Below are positions 1-8,990 of a stretch of DNA of 64,000 bases, one piece after another; positions within the stretch are counted from its first letter, which is position 1, and each line of letters begins with the position of its first letter. Under the pieces are notes generated by a model. That model searched no databases and was not told where the DNA came from. It was given only the letters and a program-made list of their open reading frames with translations. A program made the position numbers and the translations under genes. This DNA is from Oscillospiraceae bacterium (lineage in GTDB: Bacteria; Bacillota; Clostridia; Oscillospirales; CAG-382), in NCBI GenBank assembly GCA_015063785.1, contig SVTM01000003.1:7285-71284 (forward strand), in the 5' to 3' direction.

Positions 1-164
1 TTCGCGGATGGGGAACAATTATCCCCATAAAATACGGAAACAGAGAAAGGTTTTTCCATCTCACCTTTGACAGAGCAGGCGGCAGTGATTATACCTGGAG
101 CTACGGAAACATATACTGTTTCGAGCTTTTGGAAGAATAATTTAAAGTTTTTTCGAAAAAAGCC

Positions 165-193
165 TTACATTTTTCAAAAAAATAATGTATAAT
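165..193 (+). promoter_or_regulatory. sigma-70-like promoter upstream of carD
   Basis: TTACAT (165-170), 17-nt spacer, TATAAT (188-193), about 115 nt upstream of the carD ATG. Confidence 0.45.
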
Positions 194-307
194 AGAAACA
201 TAATATAATACAACAAAGATCACAACGCGCAGTTTGCATGGCGGAACGTAAGTCCGGTTGTCGCAAAATGCGCGTTTGTTTTTTACACGGCGAAGGGAGA
301 ACCGAAT

Positions 308-814
308 ATGTATAAGACAGGCGACATCGTTATGTATCCGGGGACGGGAGTGTGCAGGATAGAAGATATTGTTACCCAAAAGTTTGCGCGGACAGAAGAA
401 AAGACCTATTACGTTCTGCGCGGAGTATATGACAACGCAGGCACCACTATCTATTGCCCAGTGGACAACGAAAACATAAAGGTCAGAAAACTGCTTTCAA
501 AAGAAGGTGTCTCACTGCTTATAAAAAACGCGAGCCGCGAAGAAAAGTTGTGGGTCGACAACGACAACGAGCGCAAAAAGATTTTTTCCGCCATTCTTAA
601 AGAAGGCGATCGGACAAAAATCTTAAAGCTTATCATCGAGATCCACGAAAAACAGGCAGAAAAAGAAAGCGAGGGCAAGAAGCTTCATCTTTCCGACGAA
701 AAGATCCTTGTTCAGGCAGAAAAAGCTATTCATGAAGAACTTGCCTATTCGATGGATATAAAAGTCGACGAGGTAGCAGCTTTTGTTATGAAAGAAATGA
801 ACGTTGAATTATAA
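308..814 (+). CDS. carD: CarD/CdnL family RNA-polymerase-binding regulator
   Basis: 168-aa ORF. N-terminus MYKTGDIVMYPGTGVCRIEDIV fits the CarD_CdnL_TRCF domain pattern. GGGAGA RBS lies upstream of the ATG and a hairpin terminator follows. Confidence 0.85.
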   Translation: MYKTGDIVMYPGTGVCRIEDIVTQKFARTEEKTYYVLRGVYDNAGTTIYCPVDNENIKVRKLLSKEGVSLLIKNASREEKLWVDNDNERKKIFSAILKEGDRTKILKLIIEIHEKQAEKESEGKKLHLSDEKILVQAEKAIHEELAYSMDIKVDEVAAFVMKEMNVEL

Positions 815-833
815 ATTACAAGGGGCCATGGCC

Positions 834-871
834 GCGGTTGTAACTGTTTGTTTACAACCGCTTTTTGTTTT
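834..871 (+). terminator. intrinsic terminator after carD
   Basis: Perfect 10-bp stem GCGGTTGTAA / TTACAACCGC with an 8-nt loop, followed by TTTTTGTTTT. Confidence 0.8.
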
Positions 872-928
872 GTGATATCTCACAAAACGGCGTATATAAC
901 TTTGTGAAAGTTGTCCCTTTTTCAAAGC

Positions 929-957
929 TTGCGTGAAATGTGAAAATATGATATAAT
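929..957 (+). promoter_or_regulatory. sigma-70-like promoter of SLH/beta-helix paralog 1
   Basis: TTGCGT (929-934), 17-nt spacer, TATAAT (952-957), about 45 nt upstream of the AAGGAG RBS and ATG at 1004. Confidence 0.5.
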
Positions 958-1003
958 ATAGTGTGTCACTTTGTGACGGTACAAAATTATAAAGGAGTAA
1001 AAC

Positions 1004-4000
1004 ATGAAAACAACAAAGCTTTTATCGCTCTTGCTAGCTGTACTTCTCATCATCTGCGCCATTCCTTTCACGGTATCGGCTGCGGCAGAAGTAATCACAG
1101 TAAACGGCGAACGTGTTGCCCTCGTTAACTCTTTCGGTAAGATGAATTACGAAGGCAAAGCACACCAGACTTTCAAAACATTCGACGAAGCGTTTGCAGC
1201 TCTCGGCAAAGAGGGCGGCAAGATCATCTTTACAGGTAAGATCTCGCTTCCCAACTTCAAGGATATCGAGGGACGTGCTCCCATCACCATTCAGGGTATT
1301 GGAACAAAAGCCACAGGTAACCTTCTTGATTTTTCGGGCACAGCAGAAGCTCCCGTTTCGGAAGTGGTTCTTACTGGCGATATCACCCTTAACTTCCTCA
1401 CCATCCGTCTTGCCCCCGGTGCATATCTTTACACCAACGGATTTGCACTTGAAACAGGCGACGGATTTGACACCTACAGCACCGAAAAGTATGTTGCAGG
1501 CAGTGACAACATCATCACATATCCCGATCCTCCGTCTGTTGCAGTCGGCGAAATCTCAAGCAGCGCTGCTATCGGCCTTACAGCAGGTACATACGAAACT
1601 CTTGCCGCAGGTTCTGTAAACGGCAAAATCGTCAACGGTAACACCTCGGTTTCTCTTGCGGGCGGCACAGTCGGCACAGTTGTGGGCGCAAACGTCGGCA
1701 ACGGCACAATGAACGGTAACGCAAAGCTTGTTATCGGCGAAGGCAACATCACAAAGCTTGTAGCAGGTTCTTCCGGCGGTACAGTTAATGGTAATGTTTT
1801 CGTCGAAATCGGCGGCGGTGTTATCAGCGAAGCTGTTATCGGTGCAGAAACAGGCGCCACCATCAACGGTAACGTTGTGGTTGCTCTCAACGGCGGCTCG
1901 TTCAGCGGCACCATCGGCGCAGGCGCAGGCACTGTTACAGGCAAAAAGGTAGTTATTACAGGTTCAGACGCCACAGCCAACCTTGCAGACGGCGCGGCAA
2001 ACGTTGTTATCAAGCTTGACGGCGGCTTCTGCGAGCCCAAGTTTGAAGGCACAAACATTACAGGCTATCTCTTCACAGACAAATACGGCATTCCTGCCAC
2101 CTCCATCAAGCTCAACGGCGCTGACGTTGCTTCCGAAAGCGGCATATATCAAATCCCCGACGGAACTTCCAGCGTAACTGTTACCTCCAAGGTAGACGTT
2201 AAGGTAAACAAAAACGCAAACTACGTTGCAGGTTACGAAGACGGAACATTCCTTCCCCAGAACAACATGACAAGAGCAGAAGCCATCACCCTCCTTTCGA
2301 GACTTGTTACCGACGAAAACAACATCAAGGGCAAAGTTTCGGCAGACTACGAAGACGTAGCGGCTGGCGCATGGTATGAATCCTACATCGGCTTCTTGCA
2401 GAAGCTCGGATATCTTGACACCATCGAAGTAAACTACGGCATGGGCATCGCACCCACTCAGAACATCACAAGAGGCGAATTTGCAGAGCTTCTTTACAAC
2501 ATTTCTGCTCTCGGCGAAGCACCCTCGTCCATGAAGGTAAAGAGCTTCTCTGACGTTAAGAGCACCCACAAGTATATCAAGGCTATCAACTTTGCAGTTG
2601 CCAACGGCATCGTAACTGGTTATGAAGACGGCACATTCAAGCCCGAAAACAACATCACCCGTGCAGAAGTCGTTACAATGGTAAACCGCTTCCTCGGCAG
2701 AGTGCCCACAGGTGTGGCAGGTGCAGTTTCCTTCTCGGATACAACAAGCCACTGGGCAAACGGTCAGATCCTTGCAGCATGTAACCCCGAAGGCGTTGCA
2801 TGGACAGCGGCTGCAACAGATGCAAAGTACGTTGTGACAGGTACATCCGCAAAGGATTACATCCCCGCACTTTACGAACAGTCTGCAACTCTTGCTGCTC
2901 CTGCCATTCGTGACGGCGTTGCCCAGATCGCAGAGCAGATGAAAAAGGACATTCTTAACACTCCCAACACCGAAGAAATCTACGGTGACAGAATGACAGG
3001 TCAGAAATACTACATTTCTGAAAAGAACGGTAACGATGAAAATGATGGTAAGACTCCTGCAACCGCATGGAAAACTCCTGCTGCCATCGCAGCAAAACTG
3101 AGATTCCCCAAAGCAGGAACAACAATCCTCTTTGAGCGCGGCGGCGTCTATCGCGGACAGGTAACATCCTTCCACGGCGCCATCTACGGTTCGTACGGCG
3201 AAGGCCCCAAGCCGCTTCTTCTTCAGTCGGCAAAGAACTATGCAGACCCTGCACTTTGGGTAGAAACCGAATGGCCCAACGTATGGAAGTGTACCGAACA
3301 GCTCGTAAACGTTGGTATCATCGGCTTTGACCATGACCTTCAGGACTATTCAGACGCAACATACGACGAGCTTTACGGCCTTATTATGAACAAGGACACA
3401 CGCGGATTTGACGGTCCTCACGAGCTTTGCGGCGACCTTCAGTTCTACTCTGAGCTCAACGGTTCCACCGGCAAAGCAGGCGACCTCTTTGTTTACAGCA
3501 CAAAGGGCAACCCCGGAAGCAGATTTAAGTCCATCGAACTTGGTGAAAAGATCGACATTTTCGACGGTTCTCCCAAGAACATCGTCATCGACAACCTCTC
3601 GCTCAAGTTCACAGGCGGCCACGGCATCGGCTTTGGCACCACCTCCGACGTTACAGTTACAAACTGTATCTTCTCGTGGCTCGGCGGCTCTGTTCTTAAG
3701 ATCAACGAAAACAAGACGGCTACAAACTATGGTAACGCCGTTGAAATTTACGGCGGCTGCGACGGCTATTTTGTTGAAAATAACTGGATGTATCAGATCT
3801 ATGATACAGCCGTAACTCATCAGAGATCGGCAAACACAGGCGACTGTATCCAGAGAAACGTACGCTACACCGCAAACCTTATGGAATACGTATACTGGGG
3901 TATCGAATTCTACAACGCTCCTCCCACAGCAGATCAGCTCGGCGGCAAGAAGGATAGCTACAAGAGAATAACAGAAGACGTTATCTCGTCCTACAACCTT

Positions 4001-4372
4001 CTCAGACTCGGCGGCTACGGCTGGGGCTCGATCACAAGATACAGAGGCTGTTCGCTCTACTGCGGTTCTACCCTCTCGGACAACAAGGATTGCTCGGCTA
4101 TCTACAACATTTACGACAGAGGCTACGGCAACCTCCTCTCTCTCCCCGCAAACGCGACCGAAATACAGGACAAGAACATCTACATCCAGCATCTCGGTCA
4201 GCCTTGGGGCAGACTCAGAGGAACAAGCTTCACTTGTGACTACACCTCTGCTTCTGTCATCAACGATAAGTGGGGCGATGAAAACGCAGTCGTTATCGTT
4301 ATCGACCCCGAAAGAGAACCTATTGTACGCAATATTCCCGAAGGACTTGCTCCCGCAAACCTTAACGCGTAA
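1004..4372 (+). CDS. secreted cell-wall-anchored protein: signal peptide, Gly/Asn-rich solenoid, three central SLH domains, C-terminal right-handed beta-helix-like module (paralog 1)
   Basis: 1122-aa ORF. Signal peptide MKTTKLLSLLLAVLLIICAIPFTVSA. Repeats of the GGTVNGNV / GATINGNV type. Three SLH-like segments around 2207-2790 (YVAGYEDGTFLPQNNMTRAEAITLLSRL, NITRGEFAELL, VTGYEDGTFKPENNITRAEVVTMVNRFL). C-terminal module starts YYISEKNGNDENDGKTPATAWKT (DUF1565-like) and contains NNWMYQIYDTAVTHQ and GGYGWGS. AAGGAG RBS. Confidence 0.9.
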   Translation: MKTTKLLSLLLAVLLIICAIPFTVSAAAEVITVNGERVALVNSFGKMNYEGKAHQTFKTFDEAFAALGKEGGKIIFTGKISLPNFKDIEGRAPITIQGIGTKATGNLLDFSGTAEAPVSEVVLTGDITLNFLTIRLAPGAYLYTNGFALETGDGFDTYSTEKYVAGSDNIITYPDPPSVAVGEISSSAAIGLTAGTYETLAAGSVNGKIVNGNTSVSLAGGTVGTVVGANVGNGTMNGNAKLVIGEGNITKLVAGSSGGTVNGNVFVEIGGGVISEAVIGAETGATINGNVVVALNGGSFSGTIGAGAGTVTGKKVVITGSDATANLADGAANVVIKLDGGFCEPKFEGTNITGYLFTDKYGIPATSIKLNGADVASESGIYQIPDGTSSVTVTSKVDVKVNKNANYVAGYEDGTFLPQNNMTRAEAITLLSRLVTDENNIKGKVSADYEDVAAGAWYESYIGFLQKLGYLDTIEVNYGMGIAPTQNITRGEFAELLYNISALGEAPSSMKVKSFSDVKSTHKYIKAINFAVANGIVTGYEDGTFKPENNITRAEVVTMVNRFLGRVPTGVAGAVSFSDTTSHWANGQILAACNPEGVAWTAAATDAKYVVTGTSAKDYIPALYEQSATLAAPAIRDGVAQIAEQMKKDILNTPNTEEIYGDRMTGQKYYISEKNGNDENDGKTPATAWKTPAAIAAKLRFPKAGTTILFERGGVYRGQVTSFHGAIYGSYGEGPKPLLLQSAKNYADPALWVETEWPNVWKCTEQLVNVGIIGFDHDLQDYSDATYDELYGLIMNKDTRGFDGPHELCGDLQFYSELNGSTGKAGDLFVYSTKGNPGSRFKSIELGEKIDIFDGSPKNIVIDNLSLKFTGGHGIGFGTTSDVTVTNCIFSWLGGSVLKINENKTATNYGNAVEIYGGCDGYFVENNWMYQIYDTAVTHQRSANTGDCIQRNVRYTANLMEYVYWGIEFYNAPPTADQLGGKKDSYKRITEDVISSYNLLRLGGYGWGSITRYRGCSLYCGSTLSDNKDCSAIYNIYDRGYGNLLSLPANATEIQDKNIYIQHLGQPWGRLRGTSFTCDYTSASVINDKWGDENAVVIVIDPEREPIVRNIPEGLAPANLNA

Positions 4373-4385
4373 TCACAAAACAACA

Positions 4386-4420
4386 AGCGGACGCTTTCTG
4401 GCGTCCGCTTTCTTTTTTAT
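4386..4420. terminator. bidirectional intrinsic terminator between convergent genes
   Basis: Stem AGCGGACGC / GCGTCCGCT with a 6-nt loop, followed by TTCTTTTTTAT. Confidence 0.8.
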
Positions 4421-4432
4421 TATCGGTGGCTG

Positions 4433-5413
4433 TCATCTGTCGGCAAAACGTTGAATCTTCAAAACTTCTTCGGTACAGGAAAGAATTCCGTCTGTGCAGT
4501 TGTTCTTTCCGTTTATATCGTCGATGAGGTCGTCCAGGTTGTTTCGCGTGCTTTCAATGCCGTCACAGAGTATCACACCGTCCTGCGTTTTCTTGTAAAG
4601 CTCGACTTTTTCGGAATAGATCGCAAAAGATATCATTCCCTCAGTGCCCCAGATCTTGAAATCCCAATAATAGGGCAACGAGTATCCCACCTTGTCAGGG
4701 GCGGTATACGAAACGTCGGCAATAAGTCCTGCTCCGTTTGAAAGAGTGAGCATAAACTGTCCGCTCTCTTTGAAGCATGGTGCTTCTTTTGCAAGCTTGT
4801 TCCAGGTGCGCGCGGCGCAGATCTCCTTCACGTCAAGCCCCAGAAGATTTTTCACGATGTCAATGCCGTGGATAGAAATGTCGTTGATTGTGCCGCCGTG
4901 CTTGCCATCCTCAAAATACCATCCGGGTCTTGTGCCGTAAAGCAACGGGTGCTGACCGCCGAAATATATGTTGTTTATCTCGCCGATCTCGCCCGAATCG
5001 ACGAGTTTTTTTGCAGCAAGCACATTTTTGTTATATCGCATATCGAGCATCATGCCGATCTTGAGATTCTTTTCTTTGGCAAGTCTTCTGATCTCGCAAA
5101 GCTCGTCAAGGCTTGTGCACAAAGGCTTGTCGGCAATAACGTGCTTTCCTGCCTCAAGCGCTTTTATGGCAAGACTTCCGCGCCTGCCATAATAATCACC
5201 GATGGCAACGATATCGACCTTTTCGTCAGATAGCATTTCGTCAAGACTTTTGCAGTTAAAGACAACTCCATTTTCGCAGGCGGCATTTTTTGCTTCTTCG
5301 TTTTCTTCCCACGCCGAAACCACGTTTACGTTTTCGTTTTTTGATGCCGCATCGTAAAGTCCAAAGATATGCCCGTGGCGAAAACCTGCAAAGGCAATGC
5401 CGTATTTTTTCAT
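4433..5413 (-). CDS. Gfo/Idh/MocA family oxidoreductase
   Basis: 326-aa ORF. EAGKHVIADKPL motif and the overall Rossmann plus alpha/beta C-domain pattern fit the family. The start overlaps the upstream stop by 4 nt (operon). Confidence 0.8.
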   Translation of the reverse strand: MKKYGIAFAGFRHGHIFGLYDAASKNENVNVVSAWEENEEAKNAACENGVVFNCKSLDEMLSDEKVDIVAIGDYYGRRGSLAIKALEAGKHVIADKPLCTSLDELCEIRRLAKEKNLKIGMMLDMRYNKNVLAAKKLVDSGEIGEINNIYFGGQHPLLYGTRPGWYFEDGKHGGTINDISIHGIDIVKNLLGLDVKEICAARTWNKLAKEAPCFKESGQFMLTLSNGAGLIADVSYTAPDKVGYSLPYYWDFKIWGTEGMISFAIYSEKVELYKKTQDGVILCDGIESTRNNLDDLIDDINGKNNCTDGILSCTEEVLKIQRFADR

Positions 5414-6744
5414 TTATCTTCCTCCTCAAAAATGTTGATACTGCTACCGTAGTTTTCAACCTTTTTTGACACAAGACCGTTGTCGATCTCGTACTTCACA
5501 AGCTCGTCGAGATTGTCAAGTATCTTCCTGTATGCCAGCGCATACTGTCGCACGACCTTTTTGTCCTCGGTCTCAAATCTGGGGGCGATCATAAAAGCTG
5601 TGTCGGCAAGCTTTTCGGTGACCTCAAGCTTTCGGGCAGGGGTGTATTTTTCGCCGTAGTGAGGACAATCAAAGGGGCATCCGTGGCCATAGGGGCCTTC
5701 GCCGTTGTAAAAGGGGGACAGATGCAGCTTTCCGTATCCGCAGCTTCCGCAACAAACGCCCTCTTCCGACAAAGCCTTAAGAAGAGTGAAGGTGGAGATT
5801 CCGCCGAGCTTTTCGGGGAGATACTGAACGTAGTTGTAGCCGTAAACTCTCTGCGCCTTGTCATAACTTTTGAGGAATTTTATATACCCCACGTCCGAAA
5901 GAAGTTCTTCGAGATATTCGGCATTTTCGGTTCTTATTCTGTTGAGCTCGTCAAGTCTGTCAAGAGCCGCGTCGGCAATGGCAACAGCAAAGGGGTGGAT
6001 GCGGTGCTTATATCCAAAGCCCGTGAGAGCGTATTTTTTGTATGGCGAATCGTCGGGAAGCCACGGCAATCTTTCGTAATGACCAAGAGCACAGGCTCGC
6101 TCGTAATACTCACGAGAGTTTGTTACCATAACTCCGCCCTCGCCCGCCGCAAGAAGCTTTGAGCCCTGCATCGAGAAGCATCCGACGTCACCGATGCTTC
6201 CGACCATTTTGCCGTTGTATTTGGCGCCGTGGGCGTGCGAGCAATCCTCGATCACCTTGATGCCGCGCGCTTTTGCAAGCTCCATGATGGGGTCCATGTC
6301 GCAGGGGTTGCCCCAAACGTGTACAACAACGATAGCCTTCGTCTTTTTTGTGATGCATCTTTCAATCGTCTGCGCCGTGACAGTCTGGGTGTCCTCGTCA
6401 ATATCGGCAAAAACAGGAACGGCGTTTACCGCCGCCACGGGACCTGCCGATGCCCAAAAGGTGAAGGAAGGCACAACGACTTCGTCGCCTGCCCCAACAC
6501 CCACAGCAAAAAGAGCGTCCTGGATGGTAGTTGTTCCGTTGTTGCAACAAAGCGAATAGTTTACGCCGATATATTCGCAAAACTTCTTTTCAAACTTTTC
6601 AACTATCGGGGAGGAGGATATCTCGCCCTTTATCATCATATCGTTTATTGTCTTGTATGCCGCCGGGGCAACGATGGGGATCTGGGTGGTAAGATTCGTA
6701 TCTACAGCTCTCGGTCCGCCGAGCAATGCCAGTTTTTCTGCCAT
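5410..6744 (-). CDS. DegT/DnrJ/EryC1/StrS family PLP-dependent (sugar) aminotransferase
   Basis: 444-aa ORF. Contains FEKKFCEYIGVNY...GTTTIQDALFAVGVGAGDEVVVPSFTFWAS and a candidate PLP lysine in FSMQGSKLL. Confidence 0.8.
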   Translation of the reverse strand: MAEKLALLGGPRAVDTNLTTQIPIVAPAAYKTINDMMIKGEISSSPIVEKFEKKFCEYIGVNYSLCCNNGTTTIQDALFAVGVGAGDEVVVPSFTFWASAGPVAAVNAVPVFADIDEDTQTVTAQTIERCITKKTKAIVVVHVWGNPCDMDPIMELAKARGIKVIEDCSHAHGAKYNGKMVGSIGDVGCFSMQGSKLLAAGEGGVMVTNSREYYERACALGHYERLPWLPDDSPYKKYALTGFGYKHRIHPFAVAIADAALDRLDELNRIRTENAEYLEELLSDVGYIKFLKSYDKAQRVYGYNYVQYLPEKLGGISTFTLLKALSEEGVCCGSCGYGKLHLSPFYNGEGPYGHGCPFDCPHYGEKYTPARKLEVTEKLADTAFMIAPRFETEDKKVVRQYALAYRKILDNLDELVKYEIDNGLVSKKVENYGSSINIFEEEDK

Positions 6745-6746
6745 GA

Positions 6747-8045
6747 TTATTCTCCTTTTTCATCGTTGAGTTTTTTGAACGACGTTGTAAATCCTTGCAC
6801 CAATTTTTGGTCAATTCCCTTTTTGAATGGGCCGATCAGACGATATTCGAGATGGCAATCTCGTGCCTCATATCCGCCCTCGTCGAGCTGGAAATCGCTG
6901 ACTATATAGGTGGAACTGTCTGTGTAACCGACAAAGAAAACCTGTTTTTCTCCAAAGCACGACGTTACGATCTGCTTTACCCGGTATGTAGGTTCACCGC
7001 CCATGGCGGCGATATAAAGGTCGTCCGAAAGCTTTATTGTCTGGCAATAAAGCGGAACGCTTTTTTCAAGCTTTTCATATCCGCCCTCGTTCACGATGTA
7101 TTCGGCGTTAACAGAAATTATATTTCCCTCGCCGTACTGCTTTGCATCCTCCACCTTTGCAACAAAAAATTCAAAGCTTTGTGGGTCCATGGGAAACTCT
7201 TTGCAGAAACAATCCGACGAGATCAAAAGGTCTTCTTTTTTGTGCGGCTCCTTTGCACGGGCAACAACCTCATCGGCTATTGAACGGGCAAAACCGTCGA
7301 TCGTATCAAAACCAAACGGCTTTGCGAAGTCGCCGTCCACCACTGTTGCCGCAGGGCGCACGTCGCCGCCCGCCGATTGGAGATACAAGGAAACGCAACC
7401 GTAAAAGTTTGCATCCACAAGCTGACACACTCTTGCAGGGAATTCGCCGCTTACAGAATTTGGAGACGGATAAAAAACAGGATGGCATGCGTAATTCATT
7501 ACCACAGACCTTATATTTTCCGAAAGATCCTTGACCACAAGCAAAGAAAATTCTGTATCCCTTGGGCTGTCGGGAGAAGCGAAACTGCCAAAAACGCCGT
7601 TTCTGTATCCTCGGCGGCTCATATTGAAAAATGCATCAAACGAGGTATGCTCTAAAGTACCCTCAAACATCGAGCACATGGCGCGGTCAAGGCAGGATTT
7701 TGCGCGATCCAAAAGAAAAACTTCATACTCGTCGCGCGCGTATATCTGACTGTATCCCTTTGACGCAGGAGAAACGTGATCGTGGGTAGCTCCGACGATG
7801 AAGGCGGACTCTTTGACGCCGTATTTTTCTTTTGCATATGCTTCGAGCTCAAAATTCAGGCATCTGTCGTGGAAAAGCAGATCGAACGCCATAAGTACCG
7901 TCTTGTTTTTTCCATCGTCCATGACAAGACAGCGGACAAAAACGTCGTCATGAATGTATTTGAAATCTTCCATTTTTCCATATGGGCACGAAAGAGGCAT
8001 GGGAAAAGTGGGGGTTATTATATCCTTGGCAATACCAAAAAGCAT
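6747..8045 (-). CDS. hypothetical protein, neutral/alkaline ceramidase-like amidohydrolase fold suspected
   Basis: ORF with no signal peptide. GIAKDIITP, HDDVFVRCLVMDDGKNKTVLMAFDLL, GATHDHVSPA, NYACHPV and SAGGDVRP resemble the bacterial ceramidase_alk N-terminal family. Start set at ATG 8045 (AAAGGAG RBS, 8-nt spacer) rather than the RBS-less TTG at 8093. Confidence 0.6.
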   Translation of the reverse strand: MLFGIAKDIITPTFPMPLSCPYGKMEDFKYIHDDVFVRCLVMDDGKNKTVLMAFDLLFHDRCLNFELEAYAKEKYGVKESAFIVGATHDHVSPASKGYSQIYARDEYEVFLLDRAKSCLDRAMCSMFEGTLEHTSFDAFFNMSRRGYRNGVFGSFASPDSPRDTEFSLLVVKDLSENIRSVVMNYACHPVFYPSPNSVSGEFPARVCQLVDANFYGCVSLYLQSAGGDVRPAATVVDGDFAKPFGFDTIDGFARSIADEVVARAKEPHKKEDLLISSDCFCKEFPMDPQSFEFFVAKVEDAKQYGEGNIISVNAEYIVNEGGYEKLEKSVPLYCQTIKLSDDLYIAAMGGEPTYRVKQIVTSCFGEKQVFFVGYTDSSTYIVSDFQLDEGGYEARDCHLEYRLIGPFKKGIDQKLVQGFTTSFKKLNDEKGE

Positions 8046-8237
8046 AAAAACAACTCCTTTTGCGATAATCTCGTTATGAATATAGTAATCCAACTTAAAT
8101 CAAAAATCAATACACCACAATGCTTTTTATATGGACAATATTGCTCTGTTTTGCTCGTTTTTATGACGATTTTGGGAGAATTACGGCCAGATATTGTTTT
8201 TTGCGCAAAATTGTGTTAAATTAGTTTGTGAGAGGAG

Positions 8238-8945
8238 ATGTTTTTTGTGAGATCATTTTTGCTGATGGGACAATCAAACATGGCAGGCAGAGGAAATTTT
8301 GGCGAAGTACCTGCCATAGAAAATTCCCTGTGCTTTATGCTTAGAAACGGAAGATGGCAACAGATGGGCGAACCGATAAACCCCGACAGATGGTGGAGCA
8401 TATATAACGGTGTAGGTCTTTCGGCAAGCTTTGCGGACGAATGCGCAAAGCATTTTGGCGAAGAAATCGGGCTTATCCCCTGCGCCGACGGCGGCAGTGC
8501 CATAAAAGAATGGCAACCGGGAGAGGCTTTGTACGATCACGCCGTATTTCAGGCAAAACTTGCAAAAAGAAGCTCAAAGATCGCAGGTATTCTTTGGCAT
8601 CAGGGCGAGAATGACAGCTACGAAGAGCAGGACGCAGAGCTTTACCACGAAAGATTTATGAATATGTTCACCACCCTGAAAAAAGATCTTGATCTTCCCG
8701 ACGACATTCCCGTGCTTATCGGCGAGATAGGTGATTTCGTTGAGTTTCACGACAATGGAAACTGCAAGTATTTCAGAAGAATAAACGAGATTTTAAAACA
8801 GTTGAGCACGGAGCTTCCCGGCGGCGCTTTTGTCAGCGCCAAGGGACTTTGCGGTCAGGCGGACAACGTTCATTTTGATTCAAAATCCTATCGCGAGTTT
8901 GGAAAAAGATATTTTGCGGAATATCTGAAAGTCAAAAGACTATAA
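8238..8945 (+). CDS. SGNH-type carbohydrate esterase (sialate O-acetylesterase / DUF303-like)
   Basis: 235-aa ORF. LLMGQSNMAGRG is the hallmark of the DUF303 esterase family. The true start may be GTG 8247, which has better spacing to the GAGGAG RBS. Confidence 0.75.
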   Translation: MFFVRSFLLMGQSNMAGRGNFGEVPAIENSLCFMLRNGRWQQMGEPINPDRWWSIYNGVGLSASFADECAKHFGEEIGLIPCADGGSAIKEWQPGEALYDHAVFQAKLAKRSSKIAGILWHQGENDSYEEQDAELYHERFMNMFTTLKKDLDLPDDIPVLIGEIGDFVEFHDNGNCKYFRRINEILKQLSTELPGGAFVSAKGLCGQADNVHFDSKSYREFGKRYFAEYLKVKRL

Positions 8946-8948
8946 AAC

Positions 8949-8980
8949 AGCGGCAGACCGAAACGGTCTGCCGCTTTCTT
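8949..8980. terminator. bidirectional intrinsic terminator
   Basis: Stem AGCGGCAGACCG / CGGTCTGCCGCT with a 3-nt loop, followed by TTCTT. It lies between the convergent esterase and trxB genes. Confidence 0.75.
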
Positions 8981-8990
8981 ATCTTATGAC

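Noticed and set aside
871-884. TGTGA-N4-TCACA inverted repeat upstream of surface paralog 1 as a CRP/FNR-type site
   Set aside because: The spacer is 4 nt instead of 6, and no equivalent element was seen upstream of paralogs 2 and 3. The evidence is insufficient.
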